Of a DNA stretch of 64,000 nucleotides, positions 41,998 to 54,004 are shown one piece after another; position 1 is the stretch's first letter, and each line of letters begins with the position of its first letter. Location: contig CAWDVI010000003.1 of NCBI GenBank assembly GCA_963805865.1, forward strand, positions 334,131 through 398,130. The letters run 5' to 3'. The position numbers were made by a program, and so were the translations under genes. The notes under the pieces are model-generated. The model searched no databases, had not been told where the DNA came from, and was given only the letters and a program-made list of their open reading frames with translations. The DNA comes from an uncultured bacterium. Lineage in GTDB: Bacteria; Patescibacteriota; Saccharimonadia; Saccharimonadales; UBA4665.

Positions 41998-42590
41998 ATG
42001 ACTAAAGGTATTTTTGTGTACATTGATTGTGCAAATTTGGACGGCTCGCTTGATAAGCTGGGCTACAAGGGAATTGACTATCCCAGGCTACTTAATTGGC
42101 TCAAAACGAGACGGAAGGCCAGAGAGTTTACTTGTACGCCGGGTACAGCGACGCGCCCCAGAAGGCAAAGTTCAAAAAATTAGAGAAACTGGGCTACATA
42201 GCGAACCTTAAAAAGGTAAAACAATATCCCCCGGAATACAGGACACATAAGTTAAAATGTCCTGGTTGTTCAGCAACAAATAAACACACGGTAAAACGTA
42301 TCGGCAGACGGAAGGCCAATTGTGACTCCGAGCTGACGCTAGACGTCATCAATGACGGCGTACGCAAGAAATATGCCGGCATAATCGTATTCTCTGGCGA
42401 TGGGGATTTCTCGCGTATGTACGAATACGTGGCCGAAGAGCTGGTGAAACCGGTAGTCGTTTTTTCTCCCATGGGTTCAGTTGCAGGCAGCAGAACATCA
42501 ACCAGAGTGAAAGATCTCCATAAAAAAGGAATTATAAGAATAGACGCGCTGGAAGGAATACTCGGTTACAAAGGATACGGCATCAAATGA
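41998..42590 (+). CDS. NYN/LabA-like domain protein 2 (frame switch in an A-run near 42100-42110)
   Basis: ORF 41998..42183 (IFVYIDCANLDG..LLNWLK) continues in ORF 42096..42590 (RVYLYAGY..RKANCDSELTLDVI..IIVFSGDGDF). TATAAT at 41983. Confidence 0.7.
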
Positions 42591-42687
42591 AAAAAGCCTC
42601 CCGGAGGTGGCTTAATTCGAATGCTAAAGCATCATAACATGTAAGAGAGTCTCTTATCAAGTGAGGTTAACCGAAATTTAACAACTC

Positions 42688-42936
42688 GGCACCGACACCA
42701 CCGGTACGATTACGATTACCACCGGTAGCGCGCCTTCGGCGGGTGATTTGGCCAAGATCCTGTTCTCTAAGACCTATGGCGCGGCGCCGCACATCGTGCT
42801 GAGCCCGTCTAATGGGCCGGCTTCTGGCCTGCACTTCTATAAGGGGTCGACTTCGGCCGCCGACTTCATGTTCAACGCCGCTGACGCGCCGGCCGCCAAC
42901 ACGACCTACACCTTCGACTACTTCATCGCCCAGTAG
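42688..42936 (+). repeat. 3'-end cassette C3 (249 nt, stop retained)
   Basis: GTDTTGTITITTGSAPSAGDLAKILFSKTYGAAPHIVLSPSNGPASGLHFYKGSTSAADFMFNAADAPAANTTYTFDYFIAQ*. Confidence 0.9.
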
Positions 42937-42941
42937 CACCA

Positions 42942-42990
42942 GGGGCGCCTGGCGGCGCCCCACAGCGGGCTGGCGCCCGCCGTTATTTAT
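42942..42990 (+). terminator. two tandem GC hairpins with T-rich tail after cassette C3
   Basis: GGGGCGCC-tggc-GGCGCCCC and GCGGGC-tggc-GCCCGC, followed by cgTTATTTATT. Confidence 0.55.
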
Positions 42991-43053
42991 TGAAGTATTA
43001 AACAATCATTAACTTTGCTTACCATCGGTGCGGGCTAATGTTATAGTTGCCGC

Positions 43054-43719
43054 ATGAACACGGCAAAAACACCTATAACTTACGCGTTTATCGACGCCGC
43101 CAACCTGTTTTATGGTTTTGAAAAGCAATACGGCTGGAGCATAGACTATCGCAAACTCCTAGCCTATCTGCGGACAAATTATGGCGTGGCGGAGACTTTT
43201 TATTTTGGCGGTGTCGAAACGCACGGCTATCGGCATGACTATATCCTGGAAGATACCGTAAACCTAGCGGCTCTGGGCAGATATTTAGAGCACCCGCCCA
43301 AAGCCCAAGCCCATGGCGCGACTCTAAACGCGGCAGATTTCGCCCTGCTGTCACGACATATTAAACAGGTAAAGTTTTATCAAAAACTCCAGAATTTTGG
43401 CTATAAACTGGTTTTAAAACCCGTTAAATCATACTTTAGTTCGGGGCGCGGCCGGCACGAGCGTAAGAAAGCTAATTGCGACGTTGACCTGACGCTAGCG
43501 GTATTACGAGAGCAAACGGCTTACCAGCGGGTCTTAATTATATCCGGCGACGGTGATTTTTTGCCGGTTTTAAAGCATGTCAAACGGCAGGGTAAAGACT
43601 TGATCGTTATGTCGCGGGCTTCCCGAACAGCCCGTGAAATCAAGCGCTATGCCGGCCCGGGCCTGCGCGACATAAGCCAGTTGCGTACAAAAATCCAACT
43701 CTCCCAGCTCTCAAAGTAA
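43054..43719 (+). CDS. NYN/LabA-like domain protein 3
   Basis: YAFIDAANLFYG..KKANCDVDLTLAVL..RVLIISGDGDFLPVLKHVKRQGKDLIVMS. Confidence 0.8.
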   Translation: MNTAKTPITYAFIDAANLFYGFEKQYGWSIDYRKLLAYLRTNYGVAETFYFGGVETHGYRHDYILEDTVNLAALGRYLEHPPKAQAHGATLNAADFALLSRHIKQVKFYQKLQNFGYKLVLKPVKSYFSSGRGRHERKKANCDVDLTLAVLREQTAYQRVLIISGDGDFLPVLKHVKRQGKDLIVMSRASRTAREIKRYAGPGLRDISQLRTKIQLSQLSK

Positions 43720-43811
43720 AAAAAATGGGGAGAACCCGTATAGGATGCATCCCCAGTGTAGTGAGTCCATGGTAGCAAATCCTGGTTCGCTGTCAAGAGA
43801 AATTATTCCTT

Positions 43812-44063
43812 GACGGCACGGATACGACCGGTACGATTACGATTACCACCGGGTCTGCGCCTTCGGCGGGTGATCTGGCCAAGATCCTGTTCTCTAAGAC
43901 CTACGGCGCGGCGCCGCACGTCGTGTTGAGCCCGTCTAATGGGGCGGCCAGCGGCTTGCACTTCTACAAGGGGTCGACGAGTGCCACGGACTTCATGTTC
44001 AACGCCCAGGACGCGCCGGCCGCGAACACGACGTACACCTTCGACTACTTCATCGCGCAGTAG
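43812..44063 (+). repeat. 3'-end cassette C4 (full length, 252 nt, stop retained)
   Basis: DGTDTTGTITITTGSAPSAGDLAKILFSKTYGAAPHVVLSPSNGAASGLHFYKGSTSATDFMFNAQDAPAANTTYTFDYFIAQ*. Confidence 0.9.
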
Positions 44064-44074
44064 CGTTGACTACA

Positions 44075-44161
44075 TAACAGGGGATTCGAACCTTGACCAT
44101 GTAAGTTCGGAAGCGTAAAATTCGAGTTGCAACAATGTCCACCGCTAATTGAAGGCGGTAC
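44075..44161 (-). pseudogene. degenerate tRNA-Leu-like remnant (anticodon-arm, variable-arm and T-loop pieces; CAA-type loop)
   Basis: caacaatgtccaccgctaattgaaggcggtac matches 24/32 nt of the intact tRNA-Leu at 44213..44302, with a compensatory stem change. A GGTTCGAATCCCC T-loop piece is present, but no acceptor stem or CCA. Confidence 0.4.
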
Positions 44162-44166
44162 GAAGC

Positions 44167-44199
44167 AATAAACCCCGGCTACGAGAACCGGGGTTTATT
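44167..44199. terminator. 12-bp hairpin downstream of tRNA-Leu
   Basis: AATAAACCCCGG-ctacgagaa-CCGGGGTTTATT. An analogous hairpin follows the second tRNA-Leu at about 60236..60272. Confidence 0.5.
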
Positions 44200-44212
44200 C
44201 ATTGTTGTGGCT

Positions 44213-44302
44213 TGGCGGTGGGGACGAGATTCGAACTCGCGGGACACAACAATGCCCACCACTCCCTGAAAGTGGCACCATAAACCACTCGGTCACCCCA
44301 CC
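44213..44302 (-). tRNA. type II tRNA, read as tRNA-Leu (anticodon CAG)
   Basis: Reverse complement reads GGTGGGGTGACCGAGTGGTTTATGGTGCCACTTTCAGGGAGTGG, then a long variable arm, GAGTTCGAATCTC and CCCCACCGCCA. Confidence 0.75.
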
Positions 44303-44496
44303 GTGGTGACCTGCTTATCAGGCAGGCAAGATTAGCATATTCCTCACCTTAGTCGCACCGAAGCATAAGCGTGGACTTTCGCGATATTTAATTAAAATGT
44401 TTAATTATCTTGCTGTATATTCCACACTTGCGCGGCCCAAAATTTAAGGCCATAATCCCTGACCACGAATAAATAAAACAAAGGGGAGAAATATAT

Positions 44497-44691
44497 ATGA
44501 TTGTCCAAAGGTGCGACAACTGCAAGAAGCCGATTGAAGGACTGGATAACTGCAAACTTGGCAGATCCTATAGCGGCATAGATCTTTGTGAAGCCTGTGC
44601 TGAGCCAATCTATCGGCTAGTAATAGAAAAGGAACTGCTGAGACCCAAGGTTGTAAGGCAATTGAAAGCGGAGCTCGCTAAAAATTCTTAA
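44497..44691 (+). CDS. small zinc-ribbon protein (hypothetical)
   Basis: AAAGGGGAG RBS; CDNCKK..CEAC pairs; 64 aa. Confidence 0.5.
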   Translation: MIVQRCDNCKKPIEGLDNCKLGRSYSGIDLCEACAEPIYRLVIEKELLRPKVVRQLKAELAKNS

Positions 44692-44734
44692 TTAATAGCG
44701 GCCAAAGCGTAGCAACTTTAACATCATTAAATGG

Positions 44735-44763
44735 TTGACCGCCCCTGTTAAGTTTGCTATCAT
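44735..44763 (+). promoter_or_regulatory. candidate promoter of the 23S-5S unit
   Basis: TTGACC, 17 nt, TATCAT about 310 nt upstream of the 23S; same -35 hexamer as the 16S candidate. Confidence 0.45.
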
Positions 44764-45073
44764 ATATCCAAGTGCTTGAGTTTAGGCAGAGACCCGGCAG
44801 TTAAGCCTGAACCACGAGTTTCCAACGTAAACTCAAGCCTCGAGGTTTTTAGATGGGACGGCGCCAGTGTGCGTCACGATCGGATAAGCCCCTTGAGTTT
44901 CGCAATTTAACAATTTAGGTCAAGAAAAGGATTATCTTAAATAATATGGTTTTAAGATGATTCTGAGATAAGCAAATTAGACAAACGGCTATTGGCGATT
45001 TACTTCGGTAAGTACCAATAACCAGTCAATTGCACAAACTGGCTTAAGACTGTCTTCACCGACAATAGTCTTA

Positions 45074-48303
<3,230 letters not shown>

Positions 48304-48429
48304 ATTGACTGGTTGTTGGTGCGTATCATTACGCGCACGCACCCGTTTGTTTAACAGCTTATTTCATCCGTGCGTAACCTGCCCATGGACATCGATCAGG
48401 CGTCTACTCTTGCGGAGAAGACGGCCTGA

Positions 48430-48541
48430 TTGGTGCCCATAGCGTGAGGGTAACACCTGTTCCCATGCCGAACACAGCAGTTAAGCCTCACAGCGGTTAC
48501 AATACTTGGGGTTCACCCCTGGGAAAATAGCACGGTGCCAA
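48430..48541 (+). rRNA. rrf: 5S ribosomal RNA
   Basis: TTGGTGCCCATAGCG..CCTGTTCCCATGCCGAACACAG..GGGAAAATAGCACGGTGCCAA. Confidence 0.9.
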
Positions 48542-48550
48542 ATTTTGATC

Positions 48551-48577
48551 AAGGCCTCCTCTTAGGGGGCCTTTTTC
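48551..48577 (+). terminator. terminator after 5S
   Basis: AAGGCC..GGCCTT hairpin followed by TTTTT. Confidence 0.6.
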
Positions 48578-48784
48578 TATTGTCTTCTGTTGTTATCACG
48601 ACGTCAAAAAATTGTGCTCGTTGTCGGGTTTACGTGATTTAACACCGTATAATCTGCGGAAAGCTTAAGCAAATTACTACAGTTTTTGCTGTTAATAGCT
48701 GAATAAATTTTTGAAAAGCGTTGTTTATGTAACTATACGGCGGACACAAAAGTAGGTCTGGAATGTTCTACTCGTGAGAAGAGG

Positions 48785-48816
48785 GGTATATATAATGTAT
48801 ATACAATATATATACC
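48785..48816. repeat. 32-nt AT-rich palindromic box, copy C (GGTATATATAATGTATATACAATATATATACC)
   Basis: One mismatch to the reverse complement of copies A and B. Shares the ACCCAAA right flank with copy B. Confidence 0.85.
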
Positions 48817-48859
48817 ACCCAAACAGTAGGTACTGTAATCGCAACTGGTTCCGCTAATG

Positions 48860-48888
48860 TTGACACTTAACCAGTAGCGTGATATTAT
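48860..48888 (+). promoter_or_regulatory. candidate promoter of the KGG stress-protein gene
   Basis: TTGACA, 17 nt, TATTAT; the leader then contains a CTTTGCC..GGCAAGG hairpin plus T6 before the GGGAGG RBS. Confidence 0.5.
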
Positions 48889-48960
48889 AGTTATGGTAAC
48901 GAGGGTTCTTTGCCGGAAAAGGCAAGGGGCTTTTTTAATTAACGGGAGGTCATATAAATT

Positions 48961-49164
48961 ATGGCAGGTACCAAAGCTGGCGGCAAAGCTGCTGCCTCAA
49001 CCAACAAGAGCAAGTACGGCTCTGATTTTTACGCAAAAATCGGCGCTAAGGGCGGTAAGCTCGGCAAGACCGGTGGCTTTTACGCCAACCGCGAACTAGC
49101 CCGCGAGGCTGGTCGCCAAGGTGGTCGCGTCAGTCGGCGCACCAGCGCCAAAAAAGTCGCTTAA
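48961..49164 (+). CDS. KGG-repeat general stress protein-like small protein
   Basis: MAGTKAGGKAAASTNKSKYGSDFYAKIGAKGGK..REAGRQGG. Confidence 0.65.
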   Translation: MAGTKAGGKAAASTNKSKYGSDFYAKIGAKGGKLGKTGGFYANRELAREAGRQGGRVSRRTSAKKVA

Positions 49165-49196
49165 GACTTTTTACTCGCAAGGGAAAATCCCTCCGT

Positions 49197-49700
49197 TTAC
49201 AGGGGGGATTTTTCTATTTGGGGGCTGGCTTCGGGTTGGGGGACGCCGGCGTGGCGGCGGTAGGCCCGGCAGAAGCGGCTGGCGCTGACCCGCCAGACCG
49301 TGTGGCAATTGAAGCAATTGTAATGTGCGGAATCGTCCTGCTGGAGGCATTTGGTGCCGCAATTGGGGCAGATACTGCGCTTATACAGCCAGTCACGGTA
49401 GGTGTCCAGGCAATCCTGAATGTGGTCCTCGTCAATCTCTACGCCGACCGCCTGGCCCAGGCGGCGGGCTTGCTCCCAGGCCGCCAACTCCATCTGTAAA
49501 AGCTCAAAATCGCCTCGGTAGGACTGGTGCTCTAAGGCGGCGTGGCCGGTCTCGTGGAGCAGTGACCACTCGGCGTCTTGGCCGCGGGCGCCGCGCTTAT
49601 AAAATATCTCGCCGGTCTCCGGCGACCAGTAAAACTGCTTGCCGGGGGTGAAACTGAGCTCAGGAAACTTGCGCGAAAGCGCGCCGATCAGCTCATTCAT
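49197..49700 (-). CDS. hypothetical HExxH metallopeptidase-like protein with C-terminal Cys4 ribbon
   Basis: LLHETGHAALEH plus CPNCG..CFNCH. Start taken at MNELIG, overlapping the upstream ROK stop by 8 nt. Confidence 0.5.
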   Translation of the reverse strand: MNELIGALSRKFPELSFTPGKQFYWSPETGEIFYKRGARGQDAEWSLLHETGHAALEHQSYRGDFELLQMELAAWEQARRLGQAVGVEIDEDHIQDCLDTYRDWLYKRSICPNCGTKCLQQDDSAHYNCFNCHTVWRVSASRFCRAYRRHAGVPQPEASPQIEKSPL

Positions 49701-50520
49701 CGCCGCCGCCGAACCTCTGCTTGGCCAGGTCATAACAGCCGAACACAACGGCTTCATCTGGCCGCTGGGCCGGTATGACGGCTTTTGGCCGCCGAACCAC
49801 GGGATGGAGATGCTTTTCTAGGAATTCCATGATGACAGGGTCAAATTTACTGGCCTGAACGCCAACACTGCCGCCCAGGATTATAACCTCCGGCTGGAGA
49901 GTTGAGCAGACTACCCCTAGACCGTAGGCAAGCCGTTCGCCGATAACACGCCAGTCGGCGGGATCAGTTATCTCGGACGCTTGTTTGCCAAACGCCTCAA
50001 CGATGCCGCGGCCACCGGCGAAATCCTCCCAGTTAGTGTAGTGACCTTCAAACAGCAACGGCATTTTCCCAAACTCAGTATCTTGCAAGGCTGTCACGAT
50101 ACGGCCGTTTTTGATGAGCGCACCGCCGATACCGGTGCTGATGGTCGCGAACAGCACGTCCTGGTACTCATCCTTTACTAGCTGGGCCTCTGACAGCCCG
50201 CCCAGACGGGCATCATTCTCTATAATCAACTCGGCGTTACATATCTGGGCGATATCATTTCTAATCGGTTTTTCGCGCCACGGCAGGTTACCAAGCGCGT
50301 GAACGATACCAGTATCCCTGGTAATCAGGCCGGGAACGCCGACACAGCCCGTCAAAGCTCCTTCGGCTGGCGATAACCGTTTAAAATTATCCTCCAGATT
50401 GCGCAGAAAAGCATCATAATCATGATCAGATGGGAAGCGGCGTTGTTCGACGATCTGGCCGTCGTCAGACAATAGTGCGACCAGTGTTTTTGTTCCTCCG
50501 ATATCCACCGCCAAATACAT
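49693..50520 (-). CDS. ROK-family sugar kinase (glucokinase-like)
   Basis: MYLAVDIGGTKT..GVPGL..ENDARLGGLSE..ISTGIGGA. Confidence 0.8.
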   Translation of the reverse strand: MYLAVDIGGTKTLVALLSDDGQIVEQRRFPSDHDYDAFLRNLEDNFKRLSPAEGALTGCVGVPGLITRDTGIVHALGNLPWREKPIRNDIAQICNAELIIENDARLGGLSEAQLVKDEYQDVLFATISTGIGGALIKNGRIVTALQDTEFGKMPLLFEGHYTNWEDFAGGRGIVEAFGKQASEITDPADWRVIGERLAYGLGVVCSTLQPEVIILGGSVGVQASKFDPVIMEFLEKHLHPVVRRPKAVIPAQRPDEAVVFGCYDLAKQRFGGGDE

Positions 50521-50637
50521 AGTGCCAGTCTACCACAATTGCCACTAGCCGTTTTTTCAGATATAATGAAACCAAACCAATAACAACTTAAGAGGCGGTG
50601 CTCACGGGACATCGCCTGGACGGGAGGCATATAAATT

Positions 50638-51729
50638 ATGGCAAATACGATAACGATGGACGATCTGCTGGCGGGGAGTGATCTCAAGACGCTGAGCGCT
50701 GGCGACGTGGTCGAGGGTACCGTCACCAATGTCAAGAAGAACGAAGTATGGATTGATCTGGGTGCCCGCGGCACCGGCGTAGTACTGCGGCGCGAAATCG
50801 GCTACGGCCAAAAGCTGGAGCCGGGCCAATCAGTCACCGTCAGCGTTATAGATTCGGAGATGGACGAAGGCTATGCCTTATTGAGCATGAAACGGGCCGT
50901 CAAAGACCGCGGCTGGGACGAGCTACAAAGAGTTCAGGAAGCCAACGAGATAGTAGAGATCGCGCCTTATGACGCTAACCGCGGCGGCCTGCTGGTCGAG
51001 CTAGAGGGAATCCGCGGCTTCTTGCCGGTCAGCCAGCTGGCCGCCGGCCACTATCCGCGCGTTTCCGGCGCCGATAAAGATGAAATCTTGCAGAAGCTGA
51101 ACGCCCTGACCAACAAACCGCTGAGGGCACGCATCCTGGACATCAGCCGCAAGGACAACAAGCTGATTTTCTCCGAAAAAGAAGCCGTTAAAGACGATAT
51201 GCAGGAGCGTTTCGCCAAGCTGAAGGTCGGCGACAGCGTGGAAGGTGTAGTGACCGGCGTGATTGACTTCGGGGCCTTCGTCAATGTCGATGGCATCGAG
51301 GGCCTGATTCACATCTCTGAAATCTCCTGGGAGCGGGTTGATAATCCGCGCAATTACGTCAAGGTCGGCGAGACCGTCAAAGCCAAGATCATCGCTATTG
51401 ATAAGGACCGCCTGAGCCTCAGCCTCAAACAGATGAGCGAAGACCCGTGGCTGGAGCAGGTCAAGGCCTTTAAGAAGGGCGACGTCGTCGAGGGGAAAGT
51501 CACCCGCATCACGCCGTTTGGCGCCTTTGTCCAGCTGAGCCCCAGCGTTGAAGCCCTGGTTCACGTCAGCGAAATGAGCGACGACGAAGACGTTGATCCG
51601 GAAAAATTATTCCAGCTCAACGAGAAGAAAGAGTTCAAGGTGCTGGATATTGACACCGAGAATCGCAAGATTGCCCTGTCCCTGAAGGAAGCTAAATCTA
51701 AAACTACGGCCAAGGCGGCCAAGAAATGA
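50638..51729 (+). CDS. rpsA: 30S ribosomal protein S1 (four S1 domains)
   Basis: Repeated G.VVEG.V..V..FGAFV.. S1 motifs; 363 aa. Confidence 0.85.
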   Translation: MANTITMDDLLAGSDLKTLSAGDVVEGTVTNVKKNEVWIDLGARGTGVVLRREIGYGQKLEPGQSVTVSVIDSEMDEGYALLSMKRAVKDRGWDELQRVQEANEIVEIAPYDANRGGLLVELEGIRGFLPVSQLAAGHYPRVSGADKDEILQKLNALTNKPLRARILDISRKDNKLIFSEKEAVKDDMQERFAKLKVGDSVEGVVTGVIDFGAFVNVDGIEGLIHISEISWERVDNPRNYVKVGETVKAKIIAIDKDRLSLSLKQMSEDPWLEQVKAFKKGDVVEGKVTRITPFGAFVQLSPSVEALVHVSEMSDDEDVDPEKLFQLNEKKEFKVLDIDTENRKIALSLKEAKSKTTAKAAKK

Positions 51730-51736
51730 GCCGCCC

Positions 51737-53522
51737 ATGGCCGAAGCCACTGACCAGACTACAACCACAATAGAAATCGAAAACATGATCACCGTCGGCA
51801 CGCTGGCCGAGCGGTTGTCGATTCCGGTTACCAAGCTGATTGGTGAGCTGATGAAGAACGGCGTCATGGCCACCGTTAACGAGCGGATAGACTTTGATAC
51901 GGCCCAGATTATCGTACAGGAACTGGGGCTGGAAGTGGCCTTGGTCAAGAAAGACAGCGAAGAAGAGGCCGCCCCAAAACACGAAAAGCCGAAAGCCAGC
52001 GCCAAGAGCCAAAAGCCGTCCGCCGGTGGTAGCAGTGATGGGGCACGTCGACCATGGTAAGACCAGCCTGCTGGACGCCATTCGCGGCGCCGGAGTCGCC
52101 GAAGACGAGGCTGGCGGCATAACCCAGCACATCTCAGCCTATCAGATTACGCATAATAAACGGGCCATCACCTTTCTGGATACGCCGGGGCACGAGGCCT
52201 TTGCGGCCATCCGCGAGCACGGCGCCCATCTGACCGATATCGTCATCATCGTGGTGGCGGCCGATGACGGCATCAAGCCGCAGACCGTCGAAGCCATCCG
52301 TTTCGCCCGTAAAGCCGGCGTCAAAATTATCGTCGCCATCAACAAGATTGACAAAGAAGGCGCTAACCTGGACCGCGTCAAACAGCAGTTATCCGAGCAT
52401 GATCTGTTAATTGAAGAGTGGGGCGGCGATACGGTAGTGGTGCCGGTGTCGGCCAAGACCAAAGAGGGCATCGACAAACTGCTGGATATGATCCTGCTGG
52501 TCACCGACGTAGAAGAGCTCAAAGCCGATACCGATGTGCCGGCCCGCGGCCTGATTATCGAAGCCCATGTGGAACAGGGGCGGGGGCCGGTCGGCCAGGC
52601 GCTGGTGGAAGCCGGCACACTGAAACCCGGCGATTTCGTCGTGGCCGGCGGCAGCTACGCCAAAATCCGCAATCTGGAAACCACCGATGGCCAGGCCGTC
52701 AAAACCGCTGGACCTTCCACGCCGGTCGTTATCACCGGCTTCAAGACCCTGCCGAAGTTCGGCGACGAGTTCGTGGCTGTAGCCAATGAGAAAGCGGCCC
52801 GCGCCCAGTCCGAAGCAGGCGCTGCCAGTCAGCAGGCCGCCGGCGGACACCTGGATATTGGCGGCAGCGAACTGATCCGCATGATTAACCGTAGTAACGA
52901 AATGCAGGAGCTGAACGTCATCATCAAAGCCGACGTCCAGGGCTCGCTGAAATCCGTCATCGACAGCCTAAGAGCGCTTGGCACCGATGAAGTCTCGGTC
53001 CGCGTGGTCGGCTTCGGCGTCGGCCCGATCAACGAGAACGACCTGCACCTGGCGCACAGCACCGGCTCCATTGTCTACGGCTTTAGTGTCGGCTTGCCGA
53101 CGTCCAGCAAGCAGAAAGCCAGCCGCGACAAGGTCCGCGTCCGCCTCTACAAGGTGATTTATGAACTGATTGATGATGTCAAATCCGAACTCTCCGAACT
53201 GCTCAGCCCGGAGATCGTTGAGACCGAGCTGGGCCGCCTGCTGGTCAAAGGCATCTTCAAGACCACCAAAACAGAGATCATCTGCGGCGGTGAGGTCACC
53301 AAGGGCAAGCTGACGGCGCCGGCCCTGGCTCGTGTAACTCGCGGCGACGAAGAGCTGGGCGAGGTAGAGGTCACCGGCCTGAAGCGCGGCCCGGCCGATG
53401 CCAAAGAGATCGTGGAGGGCGAAATGTGCGGCATGAGCCTGAAAACCGAGAAACGCCTGGTGCTGGAAGAAGGCGACCGGATAGACGTCTTTACCCGTAA
53501 GGCCGTGGAGCGTAAACTGTGA
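51737..53522 (+). CDS. infB: translation initiation factor IF-2 (short form); frame switch ~52020
   Basis: ORF 51737..52060 (ITVGTLAERLSIPVTKLIGELMKNGV) continues in 51894..53522 (RPPVVAVMGHVDHGKTSLLDAIRG..FLDTPGHEAF..NKIDK). Confidence 0.85.
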
Positions 53523-53956
53523 TGGAAGGACACATGGCCAAAGTATATCGTTTACCGATAGGTGATAACGGCGAAGGGTCCCAATGGGAAAATATTGAGG
53601 GCGCATTAGTCCTGCCGTCTCAAGAAAGAAAGCTGATACAAACAGATATGTGTGAGCTCCTGAATTTAAACGGTGTGCTGACTGGACCGGAAGATGTAAT
53701 CATTGGAAGGCGAGCCATACAATTAGATAGTCCAGAGACAGCGCTGGGCGTTCAGGTTATTTCATACGTGGCCGCCCACAAGGACTATAGTGATGTAATG
53801 GCTGGCGTTCATCCCACGAGAGCCACAGTGCTTTATTTTTCTAGCGAGACGATGAGAGCAGAAGAAGTAGATGTAAAATCAGCTAAACTCATGCATCTTA
53901 CAGATATGCTTCTGAAGTTTGCCCAGTCACCTTTCAGAATTCTGAAAGACAGATAG
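53522..53956 (+). CDS. hypothetical protein
   Basis: ORF overlapping the infB stop; no recognisable motifs. Confidence 0.4.
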   Translation: MEGHMAKVYRLPIGDNGEGSQWENIEGALVLPSQERKLIQTDMCELLNLNGVLTGPEDVIIGRRAIQLDSPETALGVQVISYVAAHKDYSDVMAGVHPTRATVLYFSSETMRAEEVDVKSAKLMHLTDMLLKFAQSPFRILKDR

Positions 53957-54004
53957 GGCTTATGGCAGTCGTGATTACAATGTTACAATATAAGCAGGAG
54001 CATC

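Noticed and set aside
42667-43012. ORFs 42748..42936 (+), 42812..43012 (+) and 42667..43005 (-), and similar ORFs over the other cassettes (40645..40950, 41676..41948), as independent genes
   Set aside because: The + strand ORF is just the cassette frame opened at an internal TTG. The others are out-of-frame or antisense Arg/Pro-rich artefacts of GC-rich sequence.
40053-44063. Diversity-generating retroelement (template repeat / variable repeat) as an explanation for the repeated 3' ends
   Set aside because: The differences between copies are of all substitution types (T/C, G/C, A/T and others), mostly synonymous, and are not adenine-specific. No reverse transcriptase or accessory gene is present in the window. 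The copies are full 3' ends including stop codons.
40305-44212. Calling the cassette region a defined mobile element (integrative element, transposon or integron)
   Set aside because: The window contains no integrase, transposase, attC-like sites or terminal inverted repeats. Only the repeat architecture is observed, so mobility remains an inference.
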